64,000 nucleotides of DNA from contig JBDRPD010000003.1 in the NCBI GenBank assembly GCA_043827405.1, positions 1 through 64,000 of the forward strand, read 5' to 3'. The notes beneath the pieces are model-generated. The model was not told the DNA's origin, did no database searches, and was given only the letters and a program-made list of their open reading frames with translations. Positions 38,148-47,698 of this stretch are shown here, one piece after another; the stretch's first letter is position 1; every line of letters starts with the position of its first letter. The translations under genes were made by a program, and so were the position numbers. This stretch comes from Elusimicrobiota bacterium (GTDB lineage Bacteria > Elusimicrobiota > Elusimicrobia > UBA1565).

Positions 38148-40808
38148 ATGACCGCACAACAGCGTATATACCTGGTGGACGCGCACGCGTATCTCCACCG
38201 GGCGTATCACGCCCTGTACGGCTCCCAGCTGCGCAGTTCCGCGGGCGAGCCGGTGTGGGCGCTGTTCGGCTTCGCCAAGATGCTGCTGGCGATCATTAAG
38301 AAGGAAACGCCGGACTATCTGGCCGTGTGCTTCGACTTGCCCGAGCCGACTTTCCGCCACAAGAAATTCAAGGAATACAAGGCGACCCGCAAGGAGCTCG
38401 ATGAGGATTTGATCGTCCAGCTGGGGCAGGCCGAGAACATGGTCCGGACCATGGGGCTCACTACCGTCGCGCAGCCCGGCTATGAGGCGGACGACCTGCT
38501 CGCCACGCTGGCGCGCCGGGCGATAGAGGACGGCCTGGACGCCGTGATCGTGAGCGGCGACAAGGATGCGCTGCAGCTGATCGGCGAGCGGGTCAAAGTT
38601 TACAACGAAGCGAAAGAAATCTTCTACGATGCCGAAGGGGTCCGCGAAAAGCTCAAGGTCGCGCCGGAGCAGGTCGTCGACTATTTGGCGATTATCGGCG
38701 ACACCTCGGACAATGTCCCGGGGGTGCCGGGGATCGGCCCGGTAGGCGCCGTCAAGCTGCTCAACCACTTCGGCACTCTGGCCGAGGCGATCGAGGCGGC
38801 AAAGCAGGGGCATAAGGACATCAAGCCCAAGGCGGCGGAGAGCCTGGTCAAATTCGCTGAGGCCGCGCGCCTGAGCCAGGACCTTATCCGCCTCGACGCC
38901 CAAGCGCCGATTAAGGTTAAGCCGCGCGACTGCTCGCCGGAAGTTGAGCCGACGCCCGAGCTCATCGAGCTGTTCTCCCGTCTTGGTTTCAAGAGTATTC
39001 TTAAAAGCCTGGGGGCGGTTCCGGCTTCCGCGGAGCCGCCCGCGCCGTCCGTCGCGGGCGCCGGCAGCGCCGCCGCGCCGGCCGCGATCCTCTTTAAGCC
39101 GGTCCCGCCCCGGGAGATGGCGGCGGCGGCCCAGACGGCGCCCATGGTGGCGGTGGCGGTGGAGCATGGAGCGCAGCCCGACCTGCTGACCACGGCGAAC
39201 CCGCAGGTGGGCTTGGCGCTGCCCGACGGCCGGACCGCGGTATTTATTGATGAGGACTTCGTGAAGCATCGCGGCGCCCTGGCCAAGATTTTCGGCGCCG
39301 GCGACGTGCAGAAGTTCGGCCACGATCTCAAGGCGGTGATTCGCGGCCTGGACGGCAGCGGATTGGAGCTGGCACCTCCGCTGGCCGATACCATGCTCGC
39401 GGCCTACTGTCTCGATCCGTCGCGCCCCGAGTATGCGCTGGAGGCGGTGCTCGCCGAGGCAGGTTTGGATCTGCCGCCGGATGAGGAGCGTTCCCAGGCG
39501 CTGGCGCGCCGCGCCGCCGCGGTATGGGCGCTGCATAAGCGCTTTGACCCGGAGCTGCGCCGGACGGGGCTCGAGAAGCTGTATCGCGAATTCGAACTGC
39601 CGCTGCTGCGCGTGCTCGCCGCTATGGAAATCGAGGGGGTCGCGATCGACCGCGCTTATCTGCAGCGGCTCGCCAAGGAGTTCGCGGGCGAGATCGCGCG
39701 GATCAAGCGCGAGGTGGATAAGCTGGCGGGCGTGGAGATCAACCTCGGTTCTCCCAAGCAGCTCGTTGAGCTGCTCGTCGATAAGCTCAAGCTGCCCGTT
39801 ATCCACAAGACCAAGAAGGGCGGCGTCTCGACCGACGAGACCGCGCTGCGGGCCTGGTCCGAACAGCATCCGATCCCCGGGAAGATCATCGAGTACCGCG
39901 AGCTGACCAAGCTCAAGTCCACCTATATCGACGCGCTGCTGGAGAAGGCCGATCCCGAGACGGATCGCGTCCACTCCCATTTCAATCAGGCCGGGACGGC
40001 GACCGGCCGGCTTTCGAGCCTCGACCCCAATCTGCAGAATATCCCGGTGCGGACCGCTCTCGGGCGCCGTATCCGCCGCGGCTTCATCGCCGGCAAGGGG
40101 CGGGCGCTGCTGGCCGCCGACTACTCGCAGATCGATCTGCGGGTCCTGGCCCATTTGTCGGCGGACCCGATGCTGTGCGGGGCGTTTCGCGGCGGGGAGG
40201 ACGTCCACCTGAAGACCGCCAGCGAGGTGTTCGGCCTGGCGCCGGAGGACGTGAGTCCTGAGATGCGCCGCCGCGCCAAGGCGGTAAACTTCGGCATCGT
40301 CTACGGCCAGAGCGCGCATGGCCTGAGCGGCGAGCTCGGTATCGCGCATGGGCAGGCGAAAGAATACATCGACGGCTATTTCCAGCGCTACAGCGGCGTG
40401 GCCGCCTGGCTCAAGAGCAACCTGGATGCCGCCCGCCGGGACGGCTGCGTTAAGACCCTGCTCGGCCGCATTCGCTACCTGCCCGACATCAACGCGAAGA
40501 ATTTCCGTGAGCGCGCGTTCAATGAACGGGTTGCCGGCAATACTCCCATCCAGGGCACGTCCGCCGACATCATCAAGGCGGCGATGATTAACATCCATAC
40601 TAAGATGGCGGAGTCGGGCAAATGGAAGGCCCGACTGGTGCTGCAGGTGCATGATGAGCTGATCTTCGAGCTGCCCCAGAGCGAGGTCGTGAAGTTCGGC
40701 GCTTGGGTGCGCCGGGAAATGGAGACCGCGATCAAGCTGGACGTGCCGGTCGTTGTTGATGTGAAATCCGGACCAAACTGGAACGAGATGAAGGCGGTCA
40801 AGCTATGA
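38148..40808 (+). CDS. polA: DNA polymerase I
   Basis: 5'-3' exonuclease motifs YEADD and GDTSDNVPGV; polymerase motifs TGRLSS, ADYSQIDLR, KAVNFGIVYG, QVHDEL. Confidence 0.98.
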   Translation: MTAQQRIYLVDAHAYLHRAYHALYGSQLRSSAGEPVWALFGFAKMLLAIIKKETPDYLAVCFDLPEPTFRHKKFKEYKATRKELDEDLIVQLGQAENMVRTMGLTTVAQPGYEADDLLATLARRAIEDGLDAVIVSGDKDALQLIGERVKVYNEAKEIFYDAEGVREKLKVAPEQVVDYLAIIGDTSDNVPGVPGIGPVGAVKLLNHFGTLAEAIEAAKQGHKDIKPKAAESLVKFAEAARLSQDLIRLDAQAPIKVKPRDCSPEVEPTPELIELFSRLGFKSILKSLGAVPASAEPPAPSVAGAGSAAAPAAILFKPVPPREMAAAAQTAPMVAVAVEHGAQPDLLTTANPQVGLALPDGRTAVFIDEDFVKHRGALAKIFGAGDVQKFGHDLKAVIRGLDGSGLELAPPLADTMLAAYCLDPSRPEYALEAVLAEAGLDLPPDEERSQALARRAAAVWALHKRFDPELRRTGLEKLYREFELPLLRVLAAMEIEGVAIDRAYLQRLAKEFAGEIARIKREVDKLAGVEINLGSPKQLVELLVDKLKLPVIHKTKKGGVSTDETALRAWSEQHPIPGKIIEYRELTKLKSTYIDALLEKADPETDRVHSHFNQAGTATGRLSSLDPNLQNIPVRTALGRRIRRGFIAGKGRALLAADYSQIDLRVLAHLSADPMLCGAFRGGEDVHLKTASEVFGLAPEDVSPEMRRRAKAVNFGIVYGQSAHGLSGELGIAHGQAKEYIDGYFQRYSGVAAWLKSNLDAARRDGCVKTLLGRIRYLPDINAKNFRERAFNERVAGNTPIQGTSADIIKAAMINIHTKMAESGKWKARLVLQVHDELIFELPQSEVVKFGAWVRREMETAIKLDVPVVVDVKSGPNWNEMKAVKL

Positions 40809-41668
40809 CGCGGCGCTTCGCGCACGGCCCGCTGGATTTTCGGGCGATGTCTCCGGTCATCAAGGGGCTGATCATCGCCAATGTGGTCGTTTTTCTTCTG
40901 CTGGAGCTGACCAGCCGCGCCCACTTTTCCCAGTTTTTTGGACTGGTCCCCTACCGGGTGCTGCACCAAGGGCTTCTCTGGCAGCCGTTCACCTACCTTT
41001 TTCTGCACGGCGGCTTCTTCCATCTGTTCTTCAATGTTTTCGCCCTGTGGATGTTCGGTATGCCCGTCGAAGCGGAATGGGGCCCGCGGGAGTTCCTGAA
41101 GTTCTACTTCATCTGCGGCGTCGGCGCGGGGGTGCTCAACGTGATCCTTACCCCGCATTCGGTGGCGCCGATTATCGGCGCATCCGGCGCCGTCTACGGC
41201 CTGCTGATCGCTTTCGCCATGCTGTTTCCGGATGCGGTGATCTACCTCTACTTTCTCTTCCCTATCAAGGCGAAGCATATGGCGGTACTCTTCGTGGTTC
41301 TGGAGTTTATGGCCGCGACGTCGACCAATAATACTACGGTCGCCCGCTTCGCGCACCTGGGCGGGGCGCTGATCGCCTACGTCTATATCCGCTGGTGGAA
41401 CTGGGCGCGCATGTACGGAACCGCCCTGCTGCGGGAGATCTTTTCGCGCAGCGGCTATAAGGGCAAGGCCGGTGCGCGGCGCAAGACCAGCGCCCGAATC
41501 GCCCCGCCCCGCCGGAAGCCGGAGCCCGCGATGAATTACGTCGACGAGATCGCGGAGGTCGACCGTATTCTCGACAAAATTTCAGATCACGGCGAGGAAT
41601 CGCTGACGCCGCAAGAGCGTGAGACGCTCCTGCGTCAGGCCAAGAAGAAGCCGGAGGGGCATGCCTAA
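40805..41668 (+). CDS. Rhomboid intramembrane serine protease with C-terminal DUF6576-like helical tail
   Basis: WQPFTYLFLHG, HLFFN, GASG, AHLGG; EVDRILDKISDHGEESLT. Confidence 0.9.
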   Translation: MTRRFAHGPLDFRAMSPVIKGLIIANVVVFLLLELTSRAHFSQFFGLVPYRVLHQGLLWQPFTYLFLHGGFFHLFFNVFALWMFGMPVEAEWGPREFLKFYFICGVGAGVLNVILTPHSVAPIIGASGAVYGLLIAFAMLFPDAVIYLYFLFPIKAKHMAVLFVVLEFMAATSTNNTTVARFAHLGGALIAYVYIRWWNWARMYGTALLREIFSRSGYKGKAGARRKTSARIAPPRRKPEPAMNYVDEIAEVDRILDKISDHGEESLTPQERETLLRQAKKKPEGHA

Positions 41669-42293
41669 GCGCGCGCGGACATTGACGGTGGGTCTGACGG
41701 GCGGCATCGGCTCCGGCAAGAGCGAGGCGCTTAAGTGCTTCGCGCGGGCCGGCGCGGAAACCCTCTCTTTGGATGATATCGCGCATGAGCTTTCCCGGAA
41801 GGGACGCCCGCTGCACCGGGCGATTGTGCGGACGTTCGGCCGCGGCGCGCTCGACCGCTCCGGCGCCGTTGACCGTGAGGCTCTCGGGACGCGGGTCTTC
41901 GCCGACGCCCGGCAGCGCCGCCGCCTCGAGCGCGCCGCGCACCCGGTTATCCGCCGCGAGATGCGGCGGCGTCTGGCGGCCGCGCGCCGTGCCGTGACCG
42001 TGGTGGATGTGCCGCTGCTGTTCGAGGGCGGCCTGCAGGGGAATTTCGACGTAACGGTCATCGTGACCGCGAGCCGTGAGCGCCGCATCGAGCGTGTGCG
42101 CCGCCGGAGCGGGCTGAGCCGCAGTGCCGTTGTACGACGGATGCGCGCGCAGCTGCCGGAGCGGACCAAGCGCCGTCTGGCCGACGTCAGGATTCCCAAC
42201 GACGGGAGCCTGCGCGAGCTGGGATGTGCCGTGCGCGAATACCAAAAGGCCTTACGGCTGATCGCAGGAGGCAACAATGACTCATTCTACTAA
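41661..42293 (+). CDS. coaE: Dephospho-CoA kinase
   Basis: [24 protein letters not shown] before ATG 41661. Confidence 0.95.
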   Translation: MPKRARTLTVGLTGGIGSGKSEALKCFARAGAETLSLDDIAHELSRKGRPLHRAIVRTFGRGALDRSGAVDREALGTRVFADARQRRRLERAAHPVIRREMRRRLAAARRAVTVVDVPLLFEGGLQGNFDVTVIVTASRERRIERVRRRSGLSRSAVVRRMRAQLPERTKRRLADVRIPNDGSLRELGCAVREYQKALRLIAGGNNDSFY

Positions 42294-43728
42294 TCCCACC
42301 GAACCGCAGAAGCATAGCGCCGGCAGCAGGAACAAAAAGCCCGACGCCGCGCCGCCGCCGCGCCCGGAAGGCCCGGGCGGCAATAACAAGAAGCCCGACG
42401 CCGCGCCGCCGCCGCGCCCGGACGGCCAGGGGAGCGGCAGCAGCAAGGGGGAGCCCGGCAGGACGCTGGATGTCGCGGCCATCAGCAAGATGAAGATCGC
42501 CGACTTGATGAAGCTCGGCGAAGAGATGAGCTTGGAGGGCATCTCGGGACTGCGCAAGCAGGACCTGATCGTCAAGATATTGGAAGGCCACGCCAAGCGG
42601 CATGGCCAGATATTCGACGAGGGAGTGCTGGAGATCCTTCCCGACGGTTTCGGATTCCTGCGGTCGATCGACTACAACTACCTGCCCGGCCCCGACGATA
42701 TCTATGTGTCGCCGTCCCAGATCAAGAAGTTCGGCCTGCGCAAGGGCGACACCGTGGCGGGCAATGTGCGCGGCCCCAAAGAGGGGGAGCGCTTCTTTGC
42801 CTTGCTGCAGGTGGTCAGCGTCAACGGCGTGGCGATCGAGAAGCGGGGGAACCGCATCTTCTTCGACAACCTGACGCCGCTGCACCCCAACGAGAAATAT
42901 GTGCTCGAGACCGTGCAGCAGGAGTCGACGACGCGCTGTCTCGATCTGATCGCGCCGGTGGGCAAGGGGCAGCGCTCGCTGATTGTGGCCGCGCCCAAGA
43001 CCGGCAAGACGATTATGCTGCAAAAGATCGCCAACGCCATCGCCAAGAACTATCCCGAGGTCAAGCTCCACGTGCTGCTGATCGACGAGCGGCCGGAAGA
43101 GGTGACCGACATGCAGCGCAGCGTCAAGGGCGAGGTCGTGGCCTCGACCTTCGACGAGCCGGCCGACCGGCATGTGCAGGTCGCGGAGATGGTGATTGAG
43201 AAGTCCAAGCGCCTGGTGGAGATGGGCAAGGATGTGGTCATTCTGCTGGACTCCATCACCCGCCTGGCCCGGGCCTACAACACCATCGCGCCGTCCTCCG
43301 GACGCGTGCTCTCGGGCGGACTCGAGGCGACTTCGCTGCAGCGGCCCAAGCGCTTCCTCGGCGCGGCGCGCAAGATCGAGGAGGGCGGCAGCCTCACCAT
43401 CATCGCCACGGCGCTGGTCGACACCGGCAGCCGCATGGATGAGGTCATATTCGAAGAGTTTAAGGGCACCGGCAACTCGGAGGTGGTGCTGGACCGCAAG
43501 CTCGCCGACCGGCGGCAGTTCCCGTCCATCGAGATCAACCGTTCGGGCACCCGCAAGGAGGAACTGCTGCTGACCGAGGACGAGATCAACAAGATCTACA
43601 TCCTGCGCAAGGTCCTGGCGCCGCTGGCTTCGGTGGACGCGATGCAGCTGCTCAACGACAAGCTGCTGGCCACCAAGTCCAATAAGGATTTCCTGAAATC
43701 CATGGAAATTTCGTCCATGGATGGCTAG
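42277..43728 (+). CDS. rho: Transcription termination factor Rho with Pro-rich N-terminal extension
   Basis: [51 protein letters not shown]. Confidence 0.98.
   Translation: MTHSTNPTEPQKHSAGSRNKKPDAAPPPRPEGPGGNNKKPDAAPPPRPDGQGSGSSKGEPGRTLDVAAISKMKIADLMKLGEEMSLEGISGLRKQDLIVKILEGHAKRHGQIFDEGVLEILPDGFGFLRSIDYNYLPGPDDIYVSPSQIKKFGLRKGDTVAGNVRGPKEGERFFALLQVVSVNGVAIEKRGNRIFFDNLTPLHPNEKYVLETVQQESTTRCLDLIAPVGKGQRSLIVAAPKTGKTIMLQKIANAIAKNYPEVKLHVLLIDERPEEVTDMQRSVKGEVVASTFDEPADRHVQVAEMVIEKSKRLVEMGKDVVILLDSITRLARAYNTIAPSSGRVLSGGLEATSLQRPKRFLGAARKIEEGGSLTIIATALVDTGSRMDEVIFEEFKGTGNSEVVLDRKLADRRQFPSIEINRSGTRKEELLLTEDEINKIYILRKVLAPLASVDAMQLLNDKLLATKSNKDFLKSMEISSMDG
42331..42430 (+). repeat. 54-bp tandem duplication inside the rho 5' extension
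   Basis: [12 protein letters not shown](E/D)G is encoded at 42331 and again at 42385. Confidence 0.9.
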
Positions 43729-43731
43729 GGG

Positions 43732-44244
43732 TTAGGACTTTTCCCGCAGCGCGGTCTCAATCTCGGCCCGCATTTGGGCGGCGTGCTGCGGGCCGAAGCT
43801 GATCCATTTTTTGCGTACGACGCCGTCTTTCCCTACCAGGAAGGTTTCGGGGACTTTGCGCACGCCGTAGGCTCGCGATGTCGCGAGCTTGGAGTCCTGC
43901 AGCACGGTGTAGCCCATTCCGGTTTCCTGCGCGAACTGCTTTAGGTGCCCGGTATAGGTGTCGATGCTGACGCCGAGGACGACGAGGTCTTTTTCCGCGA
44001 ATGCCGTATGCAGCTCCTGCAAGGCGGGGAGGGAAGCCCGGCAGGTGTCGCAGTAGGTGGCCCAGAAGTCCATAAGCAGCACCTTGCCGCGCAGATCTTC
44101 CGAGCGCACTGTTTTGCCGCTGAGATCCTTGAGCTGGAAGCTCGGCGCCGGGTCGGATGCCTGAATGTCGCCCCACTTTTCCGCGGGCGCGCACCCGGAG
44201 GCCGCGAGCAGGCATAGGAGACTGAGGATGCGTATCACGGTCAT
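43732..44244 (-). CDS. TlpA/ResA-family thiol-disulfide oxidoreductase lipoprotein
   Basis: Lipobox-like ASGC; APSFQL, DFWATYCDTC, VPETFLV. Confidence 0.88.
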   Translation of the reverse strand: MTVIRILSLLCLLAASGCAPAEKWGDIQASDPAPSFQLKDLSGKTVRSEDLRGKVLLMDFWATYCDTCRASLPALQELHTAFAEKDLVVLGVSIDTYTGHLKQFAQETGMGYTVLQDSKLATSRAYGVRKVPETFLVGKDGVVRKKWISFGPQHAAQMRAEIETALREKS

Positions 44245-44300
44245 TGTTATGTATAATACATTATTGCCACCTATTTAGTGCTAATTAAGCCCGACGATCT

Positions 44301-44747
44301 ATGATAACGGTTTCTACCCGCGGACGGTACGGTCTCAGAACCATGCTCGAGCTGGCGCTCCACTCCGAGCGCGGTCCGGTGCAGCTGGGGAGTATCGCGA
44401 AAAAGCAGGGTATCCCGCGGCGCTACCTGGCGCAGCTCGCCCAGGACCTGCGAAAAGCCGGCCTGCTGCGCAGCGTGCGGGGCGCCCATGGGGGCTATGC
44501 CCTGTCGCGACAGCCGTCAAAAATCAGGCTTATCGATATCCTGGTCGCGCTGGAGGGGCCGGTCCTGCCGGTCGCCTGCGTGACGCGAGACGACATTTGT
44601 TCGCGGCGCGCGGTCTGTGCGGCCGGCGACCTATGGGACGAGGTGCGAAGCGCCGTCGTTAAGGTGCTGCAGCGCAAGACGTTGAATGAACTGGCGAAGC
44701 AGCAGGCGCGCAAGGAGCGCCGTTACGGCAAGGCGGTAGGCAAATGA
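44301..44747 (+). CDS. Rrf2-family transcriptional regulator (IscR/CymR-like, three Cys)
   Basis: STRGRYGLR, SVRGAHGGY.L, C-x6-C-x5-C cluster. Confidence 0.92.
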   Translation: MITVSTRGRYGLRTMLELALHSERGPVQLGSIAKKQGIPRRYLAQLAQDLRKAGLLRSVRGAHGGYALSRQPSKIRLIDILVALEGPVLPVACVTRDDICSRRAVCAAGDLWDEVRSAVVKVLQRKTLNELAKQQARKERRYGKAVGK

Positions 44748-45886
44748 CGCATCCCGGCGGGCATGGGAAGGGCGGCCGCCCGCAAGCCGTCGACTTCAAG
44801 AGCGCGCCGTTTCTCGTTATATGGGAGGCGACCCGTTCATGCGGCCTGGCGTGCCGGCATTGCCGCGCCAAGGCGATACTCGGCCGGCATTCCCAAGAGC
44901 TGACGACGGCGGAAGGCAAGCGCATTATCGAGCAGACCGCCGAGATGAAGACGCCTATCTTTATTCTCTCCGGCGGTGATCCCTTCAATCGCCCGGATTT
45001 GGAAGAGCTGATCCGCCACGGCAAGGACTGCGGGCTGCGCATGGGGACGATACCGGCCGCAACCGAGCAGTTGACCAAGGAGCGCGTCCAGGCCTGCAAG
45101 GCGGCCGGGCTCGACCAGATGGCTTTCAGCCTCGATGGGCCGACCGCGGCGCTGCATGACGATTTTCGCCGGGTCGCGGGATCTTTTGCGCGCACGATGG
45201 AGGGGGTGCGCTTTGCCCATGAGGCCGGCGTCCCCGTGCAGATCAATACTTGCTTTTTTTCCGAGAACTTCAAATATCTCGAGGAAATGGTGGCCCTGGT
45301 CAGGAGCCTGGACATCGTGTTCTGGGAAGTGTTCTTTCTCATCCCCACCGGACGCGGCGCCGAGCTGAAGAATATGACGGCCGAGCGCTTTGAGCAGGTT
45401 TTTGCGCGTTTATGGCGTCTCAACAAGGAAGAGAAATTTATTATCAAAGTGACCGACGCTCAGCACTACCGCCGCTTCGTCATTCAGAAGGAGGCCGCGG
45501 AGGATAAAAGCGAGGAGAGCATGGCGGAACGCGTCCGCCATATCCTCGCGCGGCCGCGCGGGGTAGGCGGCAGCATGGGCATGTCTCCCGAGGCGGTCAA
45601 TGCCGGCAAGGGCTTCGCTTTTGTGGATCATCTCGGCGACGTTTATCCTTCCGGCTTTCTGCCGCTCACGGCCGGCAGCGTCCGGCAGACTTCTTTGGTG
45701 GAGATCTACCGGAACTCCAAGCTCTTTACCGAGCTGCGGGATCCCGCGCTGCTGAAGGGCCGCTGCGGGGCCTGTGAGTTCAAGCGGATCTGCGGCGGCT
45801 CGCGGGCCCGTGCTTACGCGTTAACGGGAGATTATCTCGAGACGGACCCCTGCTGCGCATATATTCCTAATGGTTGGGAGGAGTAG
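44744..45886 (+). CDS. Radical SAM/SPASM protein (TIGR04053/AhbD-NirJ-like)
   Basis: IWEATRSCGLACRHCRA; GDVYPSGFLP; CGACEFKRICGGSRARAYA..GD....DPCC. Confidence 0.88.
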   Translation: MTHPGGHGKGGRPQAVDFKSAPFLVIWEATRSCGLACRHCRAKAILGRHSQELTTAEGKRIIEQTAEMKTPIFILSGGDPFNRPDLEELIRHGKDCGLRMGTIPAATEQLTKERVQACKAAGLDQMAFSLDGPTAALHDDFRRVAGSFARTMEGVRFAHEAGVPVQINTCFFSENFKYLEEMVALVRSLDIVFWEVFFLIPTGRGAELKNMTAERFEQVFARLWRLNKEEKFIIKVTDAQHYRRFVIQKEAAEDKSEESMAERVRHILARPRGVGGSMGMSPEAVNAGKGFAFVDHLGDVYPSGFLPLTAGSVRQTSLVEIYRNSKLFTELRDPALLKGRCGACEFKRICGGSRARAYALTGDYLETDPCCAYIPNGWEE

Positions 45887-45890
45887 CTTT

Positions 45891-46538
45891 ATGGCGAAGA
45901 TTTTATCCGGATCGGCCGTGCTGGCCGGCGCGGTGCTGTGTCTGAGCGCCTGTTCCGACAAGGATGTCGAAATCTACCGCATCGCCAAGACCGCGGAAGC
46001 GCCGCCGGCCGCGGAAGCGCTGCCCGCGGGGCACCCGCCTATGGACGGCGGCGCGCAAATGCCGGACGGCCATCCTCCGCTCGGCGCGGGAGGCGGGGCG
46101 GCCGCCATGCCGGGCGCCGCGCCGGTCTCCGGCGGCTTGCGCTGGAAACTCCCTGCGGGGTGGACGGAAAAGGCCGGCGCGGGAATGCGGGCCGCCACTT
46201 TTCTCGTCGGCGAGGGAGAATCCCAGCTCGAAGCGTCCGTGATCTCGCTGGGCGGCATAGGCGGCGGCATGCTGCCGAATGTCAACCGCTGGCGCCGGCA
46301 GATCGGGCTGCCGCCGATCGATGAGGAGGCGCTTAAGCGGGATACTCTCAAGCTGGTCAGCCCCGCCGGTCCGGTATTGATGTTTGATATCCCCGGGCCT
46401 AAACAGCGGATTCTCGCCGGCAGCATCCGGGACGGCGAGGCGACGTGGTTTATTAAAATGTGGGGCCCGAAAGACCCGATCGGCAACGCGAAGAAGGATT
46501 TTCGCCGGCTGCTGGAAAGCCTCCACTGGAACAAGTAA
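45891..46538 (+). CDS. Lipoprotein with two PxGHPP motifs
   Basis: Lipobox LSAC; LPAGHPP and MPDGHPP; WKLPAGW, NVNRWRRQIG, WFIKMWGP. Confidence 0.78.
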   Translation: MAKILSGSAVLAGAVLCLSACSDKDVEIYRIAKTAEAPPAAEALPAGHPPMDGGAQMPDGHPPLGAGGGAAAMPGAAPVSGGLRWKLPAGWTEKAGAGMRAATFLVGEGESQLEASVISLGGIGGGMLPNVNRWRRQIGLPPIDEEALKRDTLKLVSPAGPVLMFDIPGPKQRILAGSIRDGEATWFIKMWGPKDPIGNAKKDFRRLLESLHWNK

Positions 46539-47698
46539 TGAAGAAAACCACGCGCAAGGCTCTATCCCTGCTGGCATCCATGCACCTGACGGTCGCGCTG
46601 CTGGTTGTGCTGATGCTGTTGGTGGTGCTCTGCACCCTGCACCAGGTTGAGCTCGGTACTTACGGGTCGGTGCTGAAATACATGCGGGGCTTTTTCGTAT
46701 ACGCGGCGCTGCCCGGGCTGGGGGTGCGCGTCCCCGTCTTTCCCGCCGGAGGCCTTGTCGGGTTGGGGCTGATCGCCAACCTGCTGGCCGTCCTGTTTTC
46801 CGCTCCGGGCGCCTTCCGGCAGCGGGCCGGCTTCTGGCTTATCCATACCGGTCTGGTCCTTCTGGTGCTGGGAGAGTTTATGACGGGCATGTTCTCGGTG
46901 GAGACGCAGATGACGGTGGAAGAAGGGCAGACCGTCAACTACACCGAGAACCGCGGCCGTGAGGAGCTTGTTCTTATCGATCACTCCCTTCCCGAGTTCG
47001 ACGAGGTTTACAGCATGGATGCCGCCGCGATGCGGGAGGGGCGGACAATTTCGCATCCGCGGATGCCGCTGGATTTCAAGGTCATCGCCCATTATCCGAA
47101 CGCGAAGCTCGAGCGCCGGCCGCCGGATTCCAAGCTTCCGCCGTCGAAAGCGAACCGCGGAGTCGGTCCCGGTGTGACCGTTTGGCCGCTGGCGCCGGCG
47201 GCCGAGGAGCAGGGGGGCAATCAGCGGACGGCCTATGTCGAGGCGACGGCCGGCGGGAAGCCGCTGGGCACTTGGCTGGTATCGGCGGCTTTAGCTCAGC
47301 CGCAGCATATCGACCATGCCGGCGGGCATTATTCGCTGCTGCTGCGGCCCAAACGCCACTATCTGCCATACAGCATCACGCTTAAGGATTTTCGCCACGA
47401 CGTCTATCCGGGGACGAGCATCCCGAAAAATTTCGCGAGCCTGATTCAGTTGAGGCATCCGCAGCGAGGAGAGGACCGTGAGGTCCTCATCTATATGAAC
47501 CATCCTCTGCGCTATGCGGGAAAGGCGTTCTTTCAAGCGAGCTACGGCAAGGGGGATACGCTCTCCGTGCTGCAGGTCGTGGAGAACCCGGGCTGGCTTC
47601 TGCCCTATGTCTCGTTTCTGCTGGTGACTTTGGGCCTGCTTTTTCAGTTCGCCATCCAGATGCGCGCATTCAGCAAGATCGAAGGGGGGGCAGGATAA
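46538..47698 (+). CDS. Cytochrome c biogenesis protein, ResB/CcsB-like
   Basis: N-terminal TM segments with LIHTG; large soluble domain; IYMNHPLRYAG..FFQASY; C-terminal TM. Start at the TAATG overlap. Confidence 0.85.
   Translation: MKKTTRKALSLLASMHLTVALLVVLMLLVVLCTLHQVELGTYGSVLKYMRGFFVYAALPGLGVRVPVFPAGGLVGLGLIANLLAVLFSAPGAFRQRAGFWLIHTGLVLLVLGEFMTGMFSVETQMTVEEGQTVNYTENRGREELVLIDHSLPEFDEVYSMDAAAMREGRTISHPRMPLDFKVIAHYPNAKLERRPPDSKLPPSKANRGVGPGVTVWPLAPAAEEQGGNQRTAYVEATAGGKPLGTWLVSAALAQPQHIDHAGGHYSLLLRPKRHYLPYSITLKDFRHDVYPGTSIPKNFASLIQLRHPQRGEDREVLIYMNHPLRYAGKAFFQASYGKGDTLSVLQVVENPGWLLPYVSFLLVTLGLLFQFAIQMRAFSKIEGGAG

Noticed and set aside
37983..40652. 889 aa ORF antisense to polA
   Set aside because: Mirror frame of a GC-rich gene; no recognisable motifs; polA fully explains the region.
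44245..44300. Rrf2 operator in the AT-rich tlpA/rrf2 intergenic region
   Set aside because: Plausible, and TATAAT is present at 44252, but I could not define a convincing palindrome, so it is not called.
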